Shown: positions 46,835 through 61,200 of the stretch, in pieces
Layout of the letters: the number at the start of each line of letters is the position of its first letter
How positions within the stretch are numbered: position 1 is the stretch's first letter
DNA from: Amphiscolops sp. MND2022
Lineage: Eukaryota
Assembly: GCA_964187785.1 (NCBI GenBank)
Contig: OZ076416.1
Span: forward strand, 21,080,001-21,144,000
Reading direction: 5' to 3'
DNA length: 64,000 bases
Program-made: the position numbers and the translations under genes
The notes under the pieces: generated by a model
Database searches by the model: none
Told to the model about the DNA's origin: nothing
What the model saw: the letters and a program-made list of their open reading frames with translations, nothing else

Positions 46835-49800
46835 CTATGGTTCGGTCTGGTCTACTAGTCGTTTTTGTTCAGGTTTGAGGTTGAGGCGTTTCCTCCGTAG
46901 TGACAGCTTCGAGCATCCGAAAATCGTGATGCGCATTAAACTCAAGATTAGGACTAAGTTGTATCTTCCCGTTTTCCTCGGACTATACCCAACTCTATAG
47001 GCGGTAGAGTAGGCGGATGGGGGGCTTTCCATAGGCGGCGGAGTCATTATGTAAGGAATGTCACTAACGTCCAAGTTGAATGACGTAATATCTCCGGAGG
47101 ATGTTTTGTCTTCAGCTAAAATTTCGTCTGCGGTTGTTATAACTTCTTCATTTTCCGTTGTAGTTCCGTCATCAATTGTCAGTTCCGTGATCGTAGCTTC
47201 TTAATTTTTCTTCCCATGTGTTCCCGAACTGAATTTTCCTGAATTCAGTTACCAAAACTTGCAAGTACCAATTGTCAAGGGTTGTTTTAACCTCACGATC
47301 TGGAAGTTGATCTTGCACTTTGACTGTTACGTCAGGTACTCGCTGCTTGGACGCATATAGCCTTAGGCGAATTCTATGGGAGGTTGTGTGTATCTTGTTC
47401 CCGTTCTCCGTACGACGTAGTTGTTCTTAGAGGGGAGTTTGACCACAATGTAGGGTCCCGTGCAAATGCAATCTTTGAAAGCGAATTTCATTGACTGGTT
47501 ATCAGCCTTCGGTTACAGGACATAGCAATAGTCATTGACTTTCAATGGCGTTGCTGCCTCTTTTTTCTCATAATATCGCTTACATTTCAAATAACATTGC
47601 ATAAGGTTGTCCTTGGCTGCTTGATGAACTTCTGCTACTTGTTCCTGTAATACATCCGTTAGATCTTTGTTGTCATCGTTGTTCCATTCGGGCTTGAGTC
47701 CCAGTTTGATGTCCAGAATGTTGTACGGATTTCGGCCGTGAAACACTGTCGTTGGTTTGCAGCCTAAGCTTCCGTGGTAGCTCGTGTTGTAATTCATGTT
47801 TTCAGTGCATATGTTCTTTCGACTATCCCTTTTGTTTGAGCGTGTTTTGTTGATGCATGGCTAATCTGTATTTCAAGTGTCCGTGTTATTGATTTACTAC
47901 GTCTGAACGGAATTTTGATCCTTTGTCGCTCAGAATCACTGTTGGTAAATAGCAATGAGGTGTCATTACATCAACTTTGCATCGGCCGACTGTTCTGGCT
48001 GTCATGTCTTGAGTTGGATATGCGAAGAGGTATCGGGAGAAGACGTTCATCATCGTTATAATATGCTTGTACCCGTTTGATGAAGGTAAGTTCGGTAAGA
48101 TATCGACTTCTAGGCAATCTTCAGGGCCGATTATGAATTCGGTATTGCTAAGCATTTCGGGAGGTCTTTGTTTTTTGTCGATGCGTTTATTAGCTATGCA
48201 GTCGGGACAGTTGAAAACTCAGGCTCTAATCTTCCGTGCCAATCCCGGGAAGTAGTATTGCGCTCGGCATTCCTGGATCATTTTGGTGATTTCTGGGTAT
48301 TTGTTCAATTTGCCATGCAATGTTGATAGTATTTCTGGTACAATATGCTGAGGTATCAGAATTTCGTGGTGCGTGACTGTGCTGTCCTCTCGGTAGTATT
48401 TTCGCATGAGGACTCCATCTTTGTCTACTATTCTCTTTTCGTGGCGTAAGAGGTTTCGTCCTCGTGGTTCAGTTTGAAGAGGTGCTTTTCGTTTACTTCG
48501 TGTAGTATGCGCAACTTTAGTGCTTTCAGGAGTGGGTTCGCATCTTGTTCGTTGCGTATTCGTACATTTTCTTTGATCGCTCCAAATGCGTAAACTGTTG
48601 CGTTGATAGGTATTTTGATTGTTTCTGTTATTTCTGTAGAAAAGTTCTGTTGTTCTTTTTCTTAGATTGCTCGTTGTTTACTAAGTGCTTTCTTGGCGAA
48701 CATTTTTTTTCAGATACTTCTTCTTCGTCTGGTAGGAAAAAGAGTTGCTCTTCATCGGCGACATCTGTTAATTGTAGGTTGACTTCGATGGGCGCCGTTA
48801 AATTGTCGTCACGCAGTTTGAGTTGGACCTCTTCTTTAGGGGTTAACTTCAATCGGGAGAGGAAATCGGCGGTGGTGTTTTGCAAGCCGGCTACTTGCAT
48901 GATGCGGAATTTGAAGTGTAGTACGTAGTCGCAAGCGTTCCAGAGAGTAGGTGGACTCGTTTTTGTTTGGAAAAATCTCGTTTCTGACCTGTTGCCTGTT
49001 AGTACTAGAGTTGGCAATGTTGTTTCCCGGAGAATGTCGCTGTATTCTAGGAACGCGTGGTAGAGGGCCAGGAGTTCTTTGCAGTCTTTTGACATTTTCA
49101 GTGATGGACAGAACACGCGTGATCCGAAAGCAACAGGGGCAAAAGTTTTCCTCTTTGATGGTAGCTTTCTGTCGTCGTTTCCTCAATATTTAGCGCGTAT
49201 CCAGATGCCCTGAAGCTTGCGTCCGTCATTAGTACGTATTGTTTCCCAGCGACACGTTGTCGAATGCTAATCCACAGGCTTCTGCAAGGCTTGTGTTAAT
49301 GGCTTTGAAATCGTTAACAGGCTCTTCAGAGATGGTGATTTTTGCAACTGCTTTCAATAGTTCATACGTTCCGATAACTTCTCCGATTGTCGGTGCATGT
49401 AGTTTCTGTAAGAATTAACGAATACGATGTATTTCTGAACTTGTTTCTTTGATTTGGGGAATCTGATTTTGGATAGGAAATTTGCTAATTTGTGGTCATG
49501 CGGGGCAACAACGTACGGGGAGATGGTTCTTCCAAGGAATTCAACTTGGGTGACCCCAAAGTGGCATTTTTCGGTTGTCAGTTTTAGGCCAATTTTCCGA
49601 ATACATTTGAAAACTGCTCTGATGTTTTTTATGCGTTGTTCCGTTGTACTGGCGGCAATCCCAATGTCGTCCACAATTTGGGCACACTGGTCTGCTTTGA
49701 TGACTGTGTCGAGATACTCCCGCATGGAACTTGAAAATGCGGACAAAGAACTACTAAGTCCTTGGGCCAGCCTGCAGTAGGCAAACGTACTACTAGCGAA

Positions 49801-52800
49801 ACTAATTCCAAGCTATTCTACTGACCATTGGACTGCCATCTGAAGGCAGTGGTAGGCTTGGGAGCAGTCTAGTTTGCAGAACAGTTTTTTCCCTGCTAGG
49901 TGTTGTGTAGCATTTGAGAGGGTGCTGATGGGGTGATTGTTGCTGATGTAGTCATCTGAGATGAGCGCGTTGATCTTCTGCAGGTCCACTAGGAGGCGCA
50001 GCTTTCCGTTGGGTTTACGTTTAACGAAGATGGGGCTAGTATATTTGGAAAATGGGAGGGTTGTGATGATCCCATATCTGACCATCAGGGCCAATTCCAC
50101 CGTGAGGTTGTCTTTAAGGTGTATGGGTACAGGTAGGCTCTGCGTATATACTGGCTTATCGTTTTTGGGTGCTAGGCAGACTTTGAATTGGGTGTTCATT
50201 CCGATGTCGAAACGGTGGCGAGCGAAGATGTCGTTCAATTCGACAATGATGAACTCTAAGGTTTCACGATCTTCTCCCGTTATGAGTGAGTTTCTCCCAT
50301 TTAAACAATAAAAGGAATTGTGTTTTAGAGTTTTCATCTTGATTGGAGTCTAGCTGTTCTAATTTTTGTAAGTCCCAGGGTTCTCGGAGAATTTTAATTT
50401 ATTGTTGGATAAGGGTGTCTTCCGATTCATCTCCGGATTTCGGGTGTCGGAAACCAGACTTTTTCTTCTGTTTTGTCTGGGGAATCAACTTGCATTAGAG
50501 CATTGACGTAGGCGACAACGTCGTCGTGATCTGTGAGGAGATTCTGTGCTGCTATGTCTACTGGCCGGGTTGATTTCGTTTCTTCGGGTGTCAGTATCTG
50601 TAATTCTGCTAGTTTCGTGTGTGGGGTGATTGTGTAGGGCAAGACCGTGGTGTTAGCTAATTTCGTGGATGGCTATATTCAGTGTTGGCATATTGTATTT
50701 TGAAAGGGGGAGGCGGGGTTTTTCCTATCATTGATGCTTCTGAATCTTTTTGTATTTTTTATGCATCCCTTCCGCTGATGAAGTTTATGTAGGCTCTTGA
50801 GTCGACAAGAGCGTCAATTTTGATCTTTTCAAATTCCAGGGGGATGAAAAGCATCATTCGTTTTTTCTTTAGATCGATCGCTGACATCAACGGGATGTAG
50901 TCATTATGTTTATCATGTTGTATGATTCCTTTGGAGACGTTGAGATCATGAGACAGTTGTTGTGGGTATTCCGTTACGTCTTCCTTGTTGTGATTATTCT
51001 GTCGTGTTGGTGGTTCGGATTCTGTTTGAGGTGGTGGGGGAGGGGGGTGTCCACCATTTGTTTCCTTGATTTGCGTGACCAAATTGTTTTGTCTTCAATG
51101 CATTTGATAGTCTCAGCATTTCTTGGTGTGGACGTTACAGTGACGGGTACAGTCGGTGTTGGTTCTGGCCTTTTCAGGATGATCGACAGGGGTGAGGGGA
51201 TTTCTGGTACCGGTTCTGGGTGTTTCTGAGGTTCGGGATTTGTGTTTTAAATGATAGGGTGCTCGCATCATAGATTGTCGGTTCATCCCATTCTGATAGA
51301 TTTAGACTATGGCAGTGGTCTCTTGAGCGTAGCATAGTTATCGGGTGACTCCATTATCCATTCAAGGAGTAGTTTGGGGTCATCCGGATGTAGGGTCCCG
51401 TCCGAATGCAATCTTTGAAAACGAATTTCATTGACTGGTTATCAGCCTTCGGTTACAGGACAGCAACAGTCATTGGCTTTCAATGGCGTTGCTGTCGCTT
51501 TTTTCTCATAATATCGCTTACATTTCAAATAAGATTGCATAAGGTTATCCTTGGCTGCTTGATGAAGTTCTGCTACTTGTTCCTGTAATACATCCGTTAG
51601 ATATTTGTTGTCATAGTTGTTCCATTCGGGCTTGAGTCCCAGTTTGATGTCCAGAATGTTGTACGGAATTCGGCCGTGAAACACTGATGTTGGTTCGCAG
51701 CCTAAGCTTTCGTGGTAGCTCGTGTTGTAATTCATGTTTTCAGCGCATGTGTCCTTTCGAGTATCCCTTTTGTTTGAGCGTGTTTTGTCGATGCATGGCT
51801 AATCCGTATTTCAAGTGTCCGTGCTATTTGATTTATTACGTCTGAACGGAATTTTGATCCTTTGTCGGTCAGAATCACTGTTGGTAAATAGCAATGACGT
51901 GTCATTACTTCGACTATGCATCGGCCGACTGTTCTGGCTGTCATGTCTTGAGTTGGATATGCGAAGATCTATTGGGAGAAGACGTTCATCATCGTTATAA
52001 TATGCTTGTACCCGTTTGATGAAAGTAAGTTCGGTAAGATATCGACTTCTAGGCAATCTTCAGGGCCGATTGTGAATTCGGTATTGCTAAGCATTTCGGG
52101 ACATATTTGTTTTTGTCGATGCGTTTATTAGCTATGCAGTCGGGACAGTTGAAAACCCAGGCTCTAATCTTCCGTGTTAATCCCGGGAAGTAGTATTGCG
52201 CTCGGCATTCCTGGATCATTTTGGTGATTTCTGGGTATTTGTTCAGTTTGCCACGCAATGTTGATAGTATTTCTGGTACTATATGCTGAAGTATCAGAAT
52301 TTGGTGGTGCGTGACTGTGCTGTCCTCTCGGTAGTATTTTCGCATGAGGACTCCATCTTTGTCTACTATTCTCTTTTCGTGGCGTAAGAGGTTTCGTCCT
52401 CGTGGTTCAGTTTGAAGAGGTGCTTTTCGTTTACTTCGTGTAGTATGCGCAACTTTAGTGCTTTCAGGAGTGGGTCCGCATCTTGTTCGTTGCGTATTCG
52501 TACATTTTCTTTGATCGCTCCAAATGCGTAAACTGCTGCGTTGAGAGGTATTTTGATTGTTTCTGTTACTTCTGTAGAAAAGTTCTGTTGTTCTTTTTCT
52601 TCGATTGCTCGTTGTTTACTAGGTGCTTTCTTGGCGAACATTTTTTTGTTCCGATACTTCTTCTTCGTCTGGTAGGAAAAAGAGTTGATCTTCATCGGTG
52701 ACATCTGTTGATTGTAGGTTGACTTCGATGGGCGCCGTTAAAATGTCATCACGCAGTTTGAGTTGGACCTTTTCTTTAGGGGTTAATTTCAATCAGGAGA

Positions 52801-55330
52801 GAAAATCGGCGGTGATGTTTTGCAGGCCGGCTACTTGCATGATGCGGAACTTGAAGTGTAGTACGTAGTCGCAAGCGTTCCAGAGAGTAGGTGGACTCGT
52901 TTTTGTTTGGAAAAATCTCGTTACTGACCTGTTTTCTGTTAGTACTAGAGTTGGCAATGTTGTTTCCCGGAGAATGTCGCTGTATTCTAGGAACGCGTGG
53001 TAGAGGGCAAGGAGTTCTTTGCAGTCTTTTGACATTTTTAGTGATGGACAGAACACGCGTGATCCGAAAGCAACAGGGGCAAAAGTTTTCCTCTTTGATG
53101 GTAGCTTTTTGTCGTCGTTTCCTCAATAAATAGCGCGTATCCAGATGCCCTGAAGTTTGCGTCCCTCATTAGTACGTATTGTTTCCCAGCGACACGTTGT
53201 CGAATGCTAATCCACAGGCTTCTGCAAGGCTTGTGTTAATGGCTTTGAAATCGTTAACAAGCTCTTCAGAGATGGTGATTTTTGCAACTGCTTTCAATAG
53301 TTCATACAATCCGATCACTTCTCCGACTGTCGGTGCATGTAGTTTATGTAACAATTAACGAATACGATGTATTTCTGAACTTGTTTCTTTGATTTGGGCA
53401 ATCTGATTTTGGATAGGAATTTGCTAATTTGTAGTCATGCGGGGCAACAACGTACGGGGAGATGGTTCTGCTAAGGAATTCAACTTGGGTGACCCCAAAG
53501 TGGCATTTTTCGATTTTTTTTCGAATTTAGGCCAATTTTCCGTAAACATTTGAAAACTGCTCTGATGTTTTTTATGCGTAGTTCCGTTTTACTGGCGGCA
53601 GTCCCAATGTCATCCACAATTTGGGCACACTGGTCTGCTTTGATGACTGTGTCAAGATACTCCCGCATGAAACTTGAAAATGCGGACAAGGAACTACTAA
53701 GTCCTTGGACCAGCATGCAGTAAGCAAACGTCCTACTAGCGAAATTAATTCCAAGCAACTCTACTGACCATTGGACTGCCATCTGAAGGCAGTGGTAGGC
53801 TTGGGAGCAGTCTAGTTTGCAGAACAGTTTTTTCCCTGCTAGGTTTTTTGTAGTATCTGAGAGGGTGCTGATGGGGTGATTGTTGTTGATGTAGTCATCT
53901 GAGATGAGCGCGTTGATCTTCTGCAGGTCCACTAGGAGGCGCAGCTTTCCGTTGGGTTCACGTTTAACGAAGATGGGGCTAGTATATTTGGAAAATGGGA
54001 GGGTTGTGATGATCCCATATCTGACCATCAGGGCCAATTCCACCGTGAGGTTGTCTTTAAGGTGTATGGGTACAGGTAGGCTCTGCGTATATACTGGCTT
54101 ATCGTTTTTGGGTGCTAGGCAGACTTTGAATTGGGTGTTCATTCCGATGTCGAAACGGTGGCGAGCGAAAATGTCGTTCAATTCGACAATGATGAACTCT
54201 AAGGTTTCACGATCTTCTCCCGTTATGAGTGAGTTTCTCCCATTTAAACAATAAAAGGAATTGTGTTTTAGAGTTTTCATCTTGATTGGAGTCTAGCTGT
54301 TCTAATTTTTGTAAGTCCCAGGGTTCTCGGAGAATTTTAATTTATTGTTGGATAAGGGTGTCTTCCGATTCATCTCCGGATTTCGGGTGTCGGAAACCAG
54401 ACTTTTTCTTCTCTATTGTCTGGGGAATCAACTTGCATTAGAGCATTGACGTAGGCGACAACGTCGTCGTGATCTGTGAGGAGATTCTGTGCTGCTATGT
54501 CTACTGGCCGGGTTGATTTCGTTTCTTCGGGTGTCAGTATTTGTAATTCTGCTAGTTTCGTGTGTGGGGTGATTGTGTAGGGGAAGACCGTTGTGTTAGC
54601 TAATTTCGTGGATGGATATATTCAGTGTTGGCATATTGTATTTTGAAAGGGGGAGGCGGGGTTTTTCCTATCATTGATGCTTCTGATTTTTTTTGTATTT
54701 TTTATGCATTCCTTCCGCTGATGAAGTTTATGTAGGCTCTTGAGTCGACAAGAGAGTCAATTTTGATCTTTTCAAATTCCAGGGGGATGAAAAGCATCAT
54801 TCGTTTTTTCTTTAGATCCATCGCTGACATCAACGGGATGTAGTCATTATGTTTATCAAGTTGTATGAATTCTTTGGAGACGTTGAGGTCATGAGACAGT
54901 TGTTGTGGGTATTCCGTTACGTCTTCCTTGTTGTGATTATTCTGTCGTGTTGGTGGTTCGGATTCTGTTTGAGGTGGTGGGGGAGGGGGGTGTCCACCAT
55001 TTGTTTCCTTGATTTGCGTGACCAAACTGTTTTGTCTTCAATGCATTTGATAGTCTCAGCATTTATTGGTGTGGACGTTACAGTGACGGGTTCAGTCGGT
55101 GTTGGTTCTGGCCCTTTCAGTTTGATCGACAGGGGTGAGGGGATTTCTGGTACCGGTTCTGGGTGTTTCTGAGGTTTGGGATTTGTGTTTTAAATGATAG
55201 GGTGCTCGCATCATAGATTGTCGGTTCATCCCATTCTGATAGATTTAGATTAGTGCAGTGGTCTCTTGAGCGTAGCATAGTTATCTGGTGACTCCGTTAT
55301 CCATTCGGGGAGTGGTTTGGGGTCATCCGG
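46835..55330 (-). pseudogene. pol: Gypsy pol (protease, RT, RNase H, integrase), heavily frameshifted and present twice
   Basis: LVDSRAYINFI, KRKPNGKLRLLVDLQKIN, KLDCSQAYH, IVDDIG, NTTADFLSR, YYFPGL..., SRYLFAYP, SDKGSKF, HGRNPY. Confidence 0.92.
47448..55330. repeat. ~3.94-kb tandem duplication (47448-51387 and 51388-55330)
   Basis: Paired ORFs offset by 3929-3943 bp; ATGT microhomology at 47448, 51388 and 55331. Confidence 0.95.
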
Positions 55331-56700
55331 ATGTCTGGCGTTGTGACGGAGGATCATACCTACGTTCCAGCGTCGTTGCCAGTTTTGCGTTGGTTCTTCT
55401 TTGCATTCAGTGATTATGTCTTCTTCGTATCGGTTTGGGGGGTCTTCTATTGTGTACGCCCTCGCGTGTACGGTTTCCACGAAACGTAGGCGCGGAGATC
55501 TTAGTTTTTTGGCTGGATTTCAATAGTGGGAATGGGAAGTTCGCCTATTTGGCTGTTGGGTATGGCAAACTCCTGTTGTCGTTTTGTGGGGTCTTTTGCC
55601 GCGTTTGCCAAGTTCCAGCAGTTTTCTGTTTCATGAGTTTTTCCGCATGTGTCGCATTTTGGTTTCAAGGTTATCAACTGTGTTAGAGGCTCCGTTCTGC
55701 GTTTTAAATTCGTAGTACCTGTTTTTCCTCAGCTTGCGGCATTGCGCTTTGTAATGGCCGTTTTTGTCAAAGTGGAAGAAGTTTCCCCGTTGATTTGGTT
55801 TCTTTTTGGTTTCCAGGGGAGCAACGTTAACCGAGTTTAATGTTACTAGAGTGGTTCCGTCGGGAGCGTCCAGGCATTTGAGGTGCATTTTTCTTTCGAG
55901 ATGTAGGACAATGTCGTTGTACGGCTTGTTTTCGAAGTAGGTCCGGTTAGGGATTTTTTTGACTCGGCCGGGTATCTTTGCGTTAATGGCTCTGTCGATA
56001 AATTTCTGCGCCCCTGGACCGAATGACTCTTTTGCGGTTTTTTGCAATGCATCTAGAAATTCGTGGAGTTTTTGTTCAGTTGGGTCGAAGTGTAACGAGT
56101 CCCACTCACATCTAGCCTTGGCAGACGGTTGGAAATCTCCCAAATGGAGTTTAAATGCCGTGATTACCTCTTCGAGATTGTCTGTTTTCGCCTAATCTAA
56201 TTGACAGCATGCTTGTAGCGCGTTGCCGCGAAGTCGCGAGTGGAAGTAGTTAATTTTCTGTATATCGGCGGGGTGCGGGTACATTTTTATATTATTTCTG
56301 AAAGAGTCTTCAAAAAGTTCGAATTTTTCAGATTTACCATTGAACACTGGTAGTGATGCTGTGAGCGCCTTTGGCATAGGAGGCAAGTGAGACAGTTGGT
56401 AGAAGTCAGGGTGTGGTGCCAACAGTAATCTTGATGTTGAGGGACGGTCGTTGGGTGCCAGACATTGTGGGCGATGTGAGCGCGTTTTCTTTCCCTCAGA
56501 TTCGTTGAGTCATTAAGGACTCCTGTCACCATGTTACCACTATTTACAGAAGTTGTTTTTAGGGTAGTCGCAGTAGTTTTAGATTTTACAGATGTAGATG
56601 TTACTGTCGGCGGAACATTTTCGGATTCTGAATCAGATTTTTCAAGGACGGTTAGAGTAGTTCTTTTTAACAACATGTGCCTTTAATTTGAGCATTTACT
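55250..56700 (-). pseudogene. gag: Gypsy gag, frameshifted
   Basis: LPVFNGKSEKFELFEDSF...KINYFHSRLRGNALQ; WDSLHFDPTEQKLHEFL; decayed knuckle FHFDKNGHYKAQC. Confidence 0.85.
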
Positions 56701-58285
56701 TTTGGTTTTCAGCCAAGCTTTTCGTAAGGTCAGATAGAATCGCTTTCTTAATAGTAGAATTCTTTTCCTCTAAATTCTCAGTTCGAACCTTCAGTGATTT
56801 CCTTGTTCCAACTACGGGATTTTCACTCTAATTATTTCCACTTAACGGAGTCTCTTGGTCAACAGAAACCAATAATTCCTCTACAGTTTTCATTTTCTGG
56901 CTTCTAGTAGTCACTTTAGAAAAAGTTCTTTGGAAATTTTTAAAAACTTCAAAAAATGTTTTGTTTTTTAACAGAGCGTCTTCGTAACAGCAGAAAATTG
57001 TTTAAAATTCTACATGAGCTTCAAATATATATACGTTCTCAGCATCATTTGTTTCTCACCTAAATCTCCTAGGAATCCTAAAAATCCGTTTTGTTCACGA
57101 AAATTGGTTAATCATCCTCCTTATTTCAGTCCTTCGATCATTAGATCAATATTCAAATTTCCTAGTTATGACTTCTTTGCGGAGCTCCGGTTGAAATCAT
57201 TTTCGTTCAACAATCCAATTTCCGGTTTATTCAAAGGAGTGGCAGCCAAAATAAACGTCTAGTTGAAATTCTACCGAAGAAAGTATGCTGGCGTGAACAA
57301 TGATTCAGCGCGTAGAAAATAAGAAATCAATTTTCGTAGCAAAAGTGTGACAAGCAGAAAATGACTCCGATAATTCTACGGAAAATTTTAACCTAACCTA
57401 CTTAAAATAATTGAGCTCAATTGTGGAAGGAACACATGATGCTGGAAAAGTAAGAACGCAAAACAAAATTGAGCTTACATATTCTAAAACATTGTAATAC
57501 TCTACACAAACTTGACTTGTTCAAGAACTGCTATATATAGACTTGGTTGACACTTGCCAATCAATTGGTATAGAAAGAGAGTAGGAATAGAAAAGAGCAC
57601 CTGTTCAGTATCACAACACTTCACAACGACAACTGTTTGTCTTGTCTTAACCAACAGCACGACTTTTCAAATCGTTCTTAACAAGACGGAAAGCGAGCGG
57701 AGCAGAGTGATCCTGATGCTCTAAGTTTTCGATTATTCCGTAGCGATCCCGTGTGTATTAAGCTTAGATATAGCGGACTAAACTTGTCTCGATTTTAAAA
57801 TTTGCTCTGTAGCTGCTCAGAACTTATTAAGATTGGTTATAACTGAGTGGTTGTAGAGGGAGATGTAGCGAAACGCGTAGGTGCTCATTTTCTTTCTTTC
57901 AGTTAATTGGTGTTGCTATGGTAACATTCTTATTAAACCAAGCGCGCATCCTAGTTGGATTGAGTTCAAATAATTAGTCCGTAAAATTGGAAATTGCAAC
58001 ACATCAATCTCTGTCTAAACCCCGTCCATTTTCTTGTTAATGTTTATTTAGATTACGTACTTGTAATCTCAATAGATTTTGACAGCTACTTCAACCACTT
58101 TTGTGTCATTTCTTTTGTGTTTTTGTATTTCCCCTTTTAGATTTGACAATGTTATCCGTTGGGATCTTAGTTTTGTTTTTCAGATGGAAAAGAATTAATC
58201 TTATTTCATTTGTGTTTTCTTTTAATTGTTTAGGCAGATATGCAAAACTGGGCGGGCTGAAACCGGAAATAAAATGTCTGGGCGT
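56520..58285 (-). repeat. Gypsy LTR-like segment plus leader and gag start, copy 2
   Basis: Colinear with 39440-41255; PBS-like TGGCTGCCACT at ~57248. Confidence 0.8.
57912..57925. promoter_or_regulatory. consensus RFX X-box in the LTR-like segment
   Basis: GTTGCTATGGTAAC; degenerate GTTGCTATGGTATT at 40845-40858 in the other copy. Confidence 0.4.
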
Positions 58286-61200
58286 TTTGAAACTGACGCA
58301 AGCGAGGTGGAAGACTTAAATGACAGTACCGGGGCAGACGGACTTCCCGATCGGCTAACTTCCAGGGTAGTGAACTCCGATCTCCTCTCAGCTCTGGGCC
58401 AGGAGTGCGAGCTCACTGACAAGGCTACTAAGGATATTCACATTACTCCTCACGCCGAAGAGACCAGACACCCAGAGCAATTTTCTGCAAATGGACGTGC
58501 AGACCTACGAAAACAATTTGCTAAGGCACCCCCTATTATCTTACCTACGGGGCACGCCACAGTCTCGGTCAATGAGACTCAGATCCATGCTGTCCTCAAA
58601 ACTCTCAGATGTCCTCAAATCTCAGATGAAACTGTGAAGTCTTGGTTCCATGTTATGCTGTAACTCATCATGCAGGCGGTACACGGAGGGAGGGACCAAA
58701 CTCGTGGTCAGTTCAGGAAAGCTTTCATAAGGGGAGAAACTCCAGTCAGGGGTATCTATGAGAGCTCTGAAGTAGAGACCGAAAGGGAAAGCTACACAAC
58801 AGACGGGTATACCAGTGGCGCTCTAGCTTCAGATGAAAATATTGGATTTACCACATCGAGACAAGATGTCGTATTTGACACCAACCGTCTTTATGCTGAT
58901 ACTGTCACTGCTACGGGAGATGCTAGGGGTCTACCTAGTACTAGTCATGCTTCTGCTCCCAGTCCATTGTTACAGTGAGGGTGACTACGAGTATTTATGT
59001 ACGGTTCATCCACAAGCCAGGCACCGACAAACTATATCTAGTCCTCCACGAAAGAAACGAGAACTGATGAGTCTGCCTGGCAAGGCGATGAAGCCTGCTT
59101 ATTTTAAGGAAATCCATTGGACGAAAGTATGGACGAATCCATTGGACCCCTTAGACCCCGTATAAACTTTTTTTGCCAAATATGCAAAACAAATGTCTCC
59201 ATATATTCCAAAGGAGCCCGAGAAATTGTCCGCCATTTTTTATCCGAGGCCCATCTGAGAAAAGACCAGCTATGGCGTTATGAGCATTTGGGAAAGCTCG
59301 ACAAAATGATTACAGTTACCGTCCACCCTGTCAGAGGAAAAGATGGACACCTTCGACCCGCATTGGAGCTAGAGAAAGAGAAACCGCTTTTCAAGTTTGC
59401 TCCTCTGGTAGACATTGGCCCCCGGTTTTCTTTCAATTAGGACTATATGGTTAATGCAGGTGGACTGTCTAGTCCAGAAGACGCCCGACTCGGAACCCAA
59501 ATCTCCCTCATTGGCCAATTCGTTCCTTATTTCGGCAACCTCAGCACTTTGGGTGGAAGTGGGCAACTTCACTAACCACCAGGACTAACCACCAACAGTT
59601 TCGAGGTCTTGACTGGAACTCCACAATGATTACGGTATGTATGTTGAATAAAGTTTAATGTGATACGTAGCTATCGTTTTGCATGATTTTGAATGACTCA
59701 AGTTGTTCCAGGCTTGTTTTCTTGCGTGGTATGGAAGACATAGCCCAATCAGTCAATGATACGAGATTGTATTCCCTTGAGTTTGAGCCACATGGGAGCC
59801 AATGCATCGCGTCCCTACGTTACTGGTCAGACCACCTTGTCAAAGTCCAGCTTTGCAGATACAGTCTGGCCACCAACCCTAGTCGTATCCAGCTGCTCTT
59901 AGTCGCTCGAATTTTGTCTTTCCTCTGAACAGCGCCCCAGATTGTCTGCATGTCAGGATGTACTTCTGAGGTCCTCCAGTCAATAGAGCAGTCCAACTTG
60001 CTCAAGAAACGAAATAAGTACTCTTCCGATACAAAGCCTTGTCACTGCCGAAGCTAATGCACAAATGTGAAAGAAGTGTGTTTGGCCGGATTAACTTTTT
60101 CACGCAACTAAAGTACTAAGTGGCGTACCTTGCCAATAGCCTCGACGAACCTTGGAAGCCGCAGAGTTGGCTAAGGTTAGTACCAATAGCTGTGTTTGTA
60201 TATAGAAGTTGTTTCCTATGCACTTGGTCCAGGTCATTGTTTCTTTCAGGCCATATCCAGTTGTGATTTACGAATTCGGGCTATTCCCAACATTTGTCCT
60301 GAAATTATCACCAAGTGGGAACCCTTCTTGGACCACATCATCAAGATTTCAGCTGGGTACGAAATGCTGGGGGTCAAAAATAAGGTTATTGGAAATTCCA
60401 TTGATCAAGATTGCTCCGAGGTAGCTAGTTGTTGGCCATGACTTGTAGATAACTAACCAGACTTGGTTTCCTTTCAGCCTCAGAGTCTTGAGTGGCAGCT
60501 CATCAGCATTGCAGTTCAATGGGGTTTTCCTAGGTGTTCACTTTGACGAAAGTTCTAGAGATTAGACTCTCTGACTGTTGGCTTTCCTTGTTTAGACAAC
60601 ATTTCCTTTGAGAGAAGCATAGTGGGCCATGGAGACTCTGGATTTTTTCACCTTTCGGCAATTAAATTGTTTCTTTCGCAAACTCTGTTACTGATCTCTT
60701 CTTCTGAAGCTTTTACCCAAGGGCTCCGATTGGACTCATTTGCCTATATTGCGCACAGCTGAGCTCCGTCAGTTATTTTCGAGGGTTTTCCTCCACAGGC
60801 TGAGAGTAAATTTGGACATGGATGAGGCAGCTACGGCCAAAGTCAAGAGGGACAATTGTGACAAGGAGGGCCCAATTCCCAATCTGGCGGAATTAGTTGA
60901 AGAGGCCAAAGAGAATTTCGTCGCAAAGGCAAGAGGCTACCTAGTGTTTCTACTTGAGAACTTTCTGGGCCACATCAGCTTGAAAACCGACATCGTCAGA
61001 GAAATGGCTAGTTTGATCCCCGCATTCACTTGAGCCTACCGTTAGAACAAGTTACGTTTTGTTTCGCTGCAATAAATCAGAGCGTCAGCCTTCGTGGTTG
61101 GTTGGAGGGTTCTCTTGAGGACGACTGTCGGGACGAATATTTAGAATTAGTGAGCCGCGTTCGCCAGATTTACCTTTCGCTGAAAAATTCGCCAGCCGGG

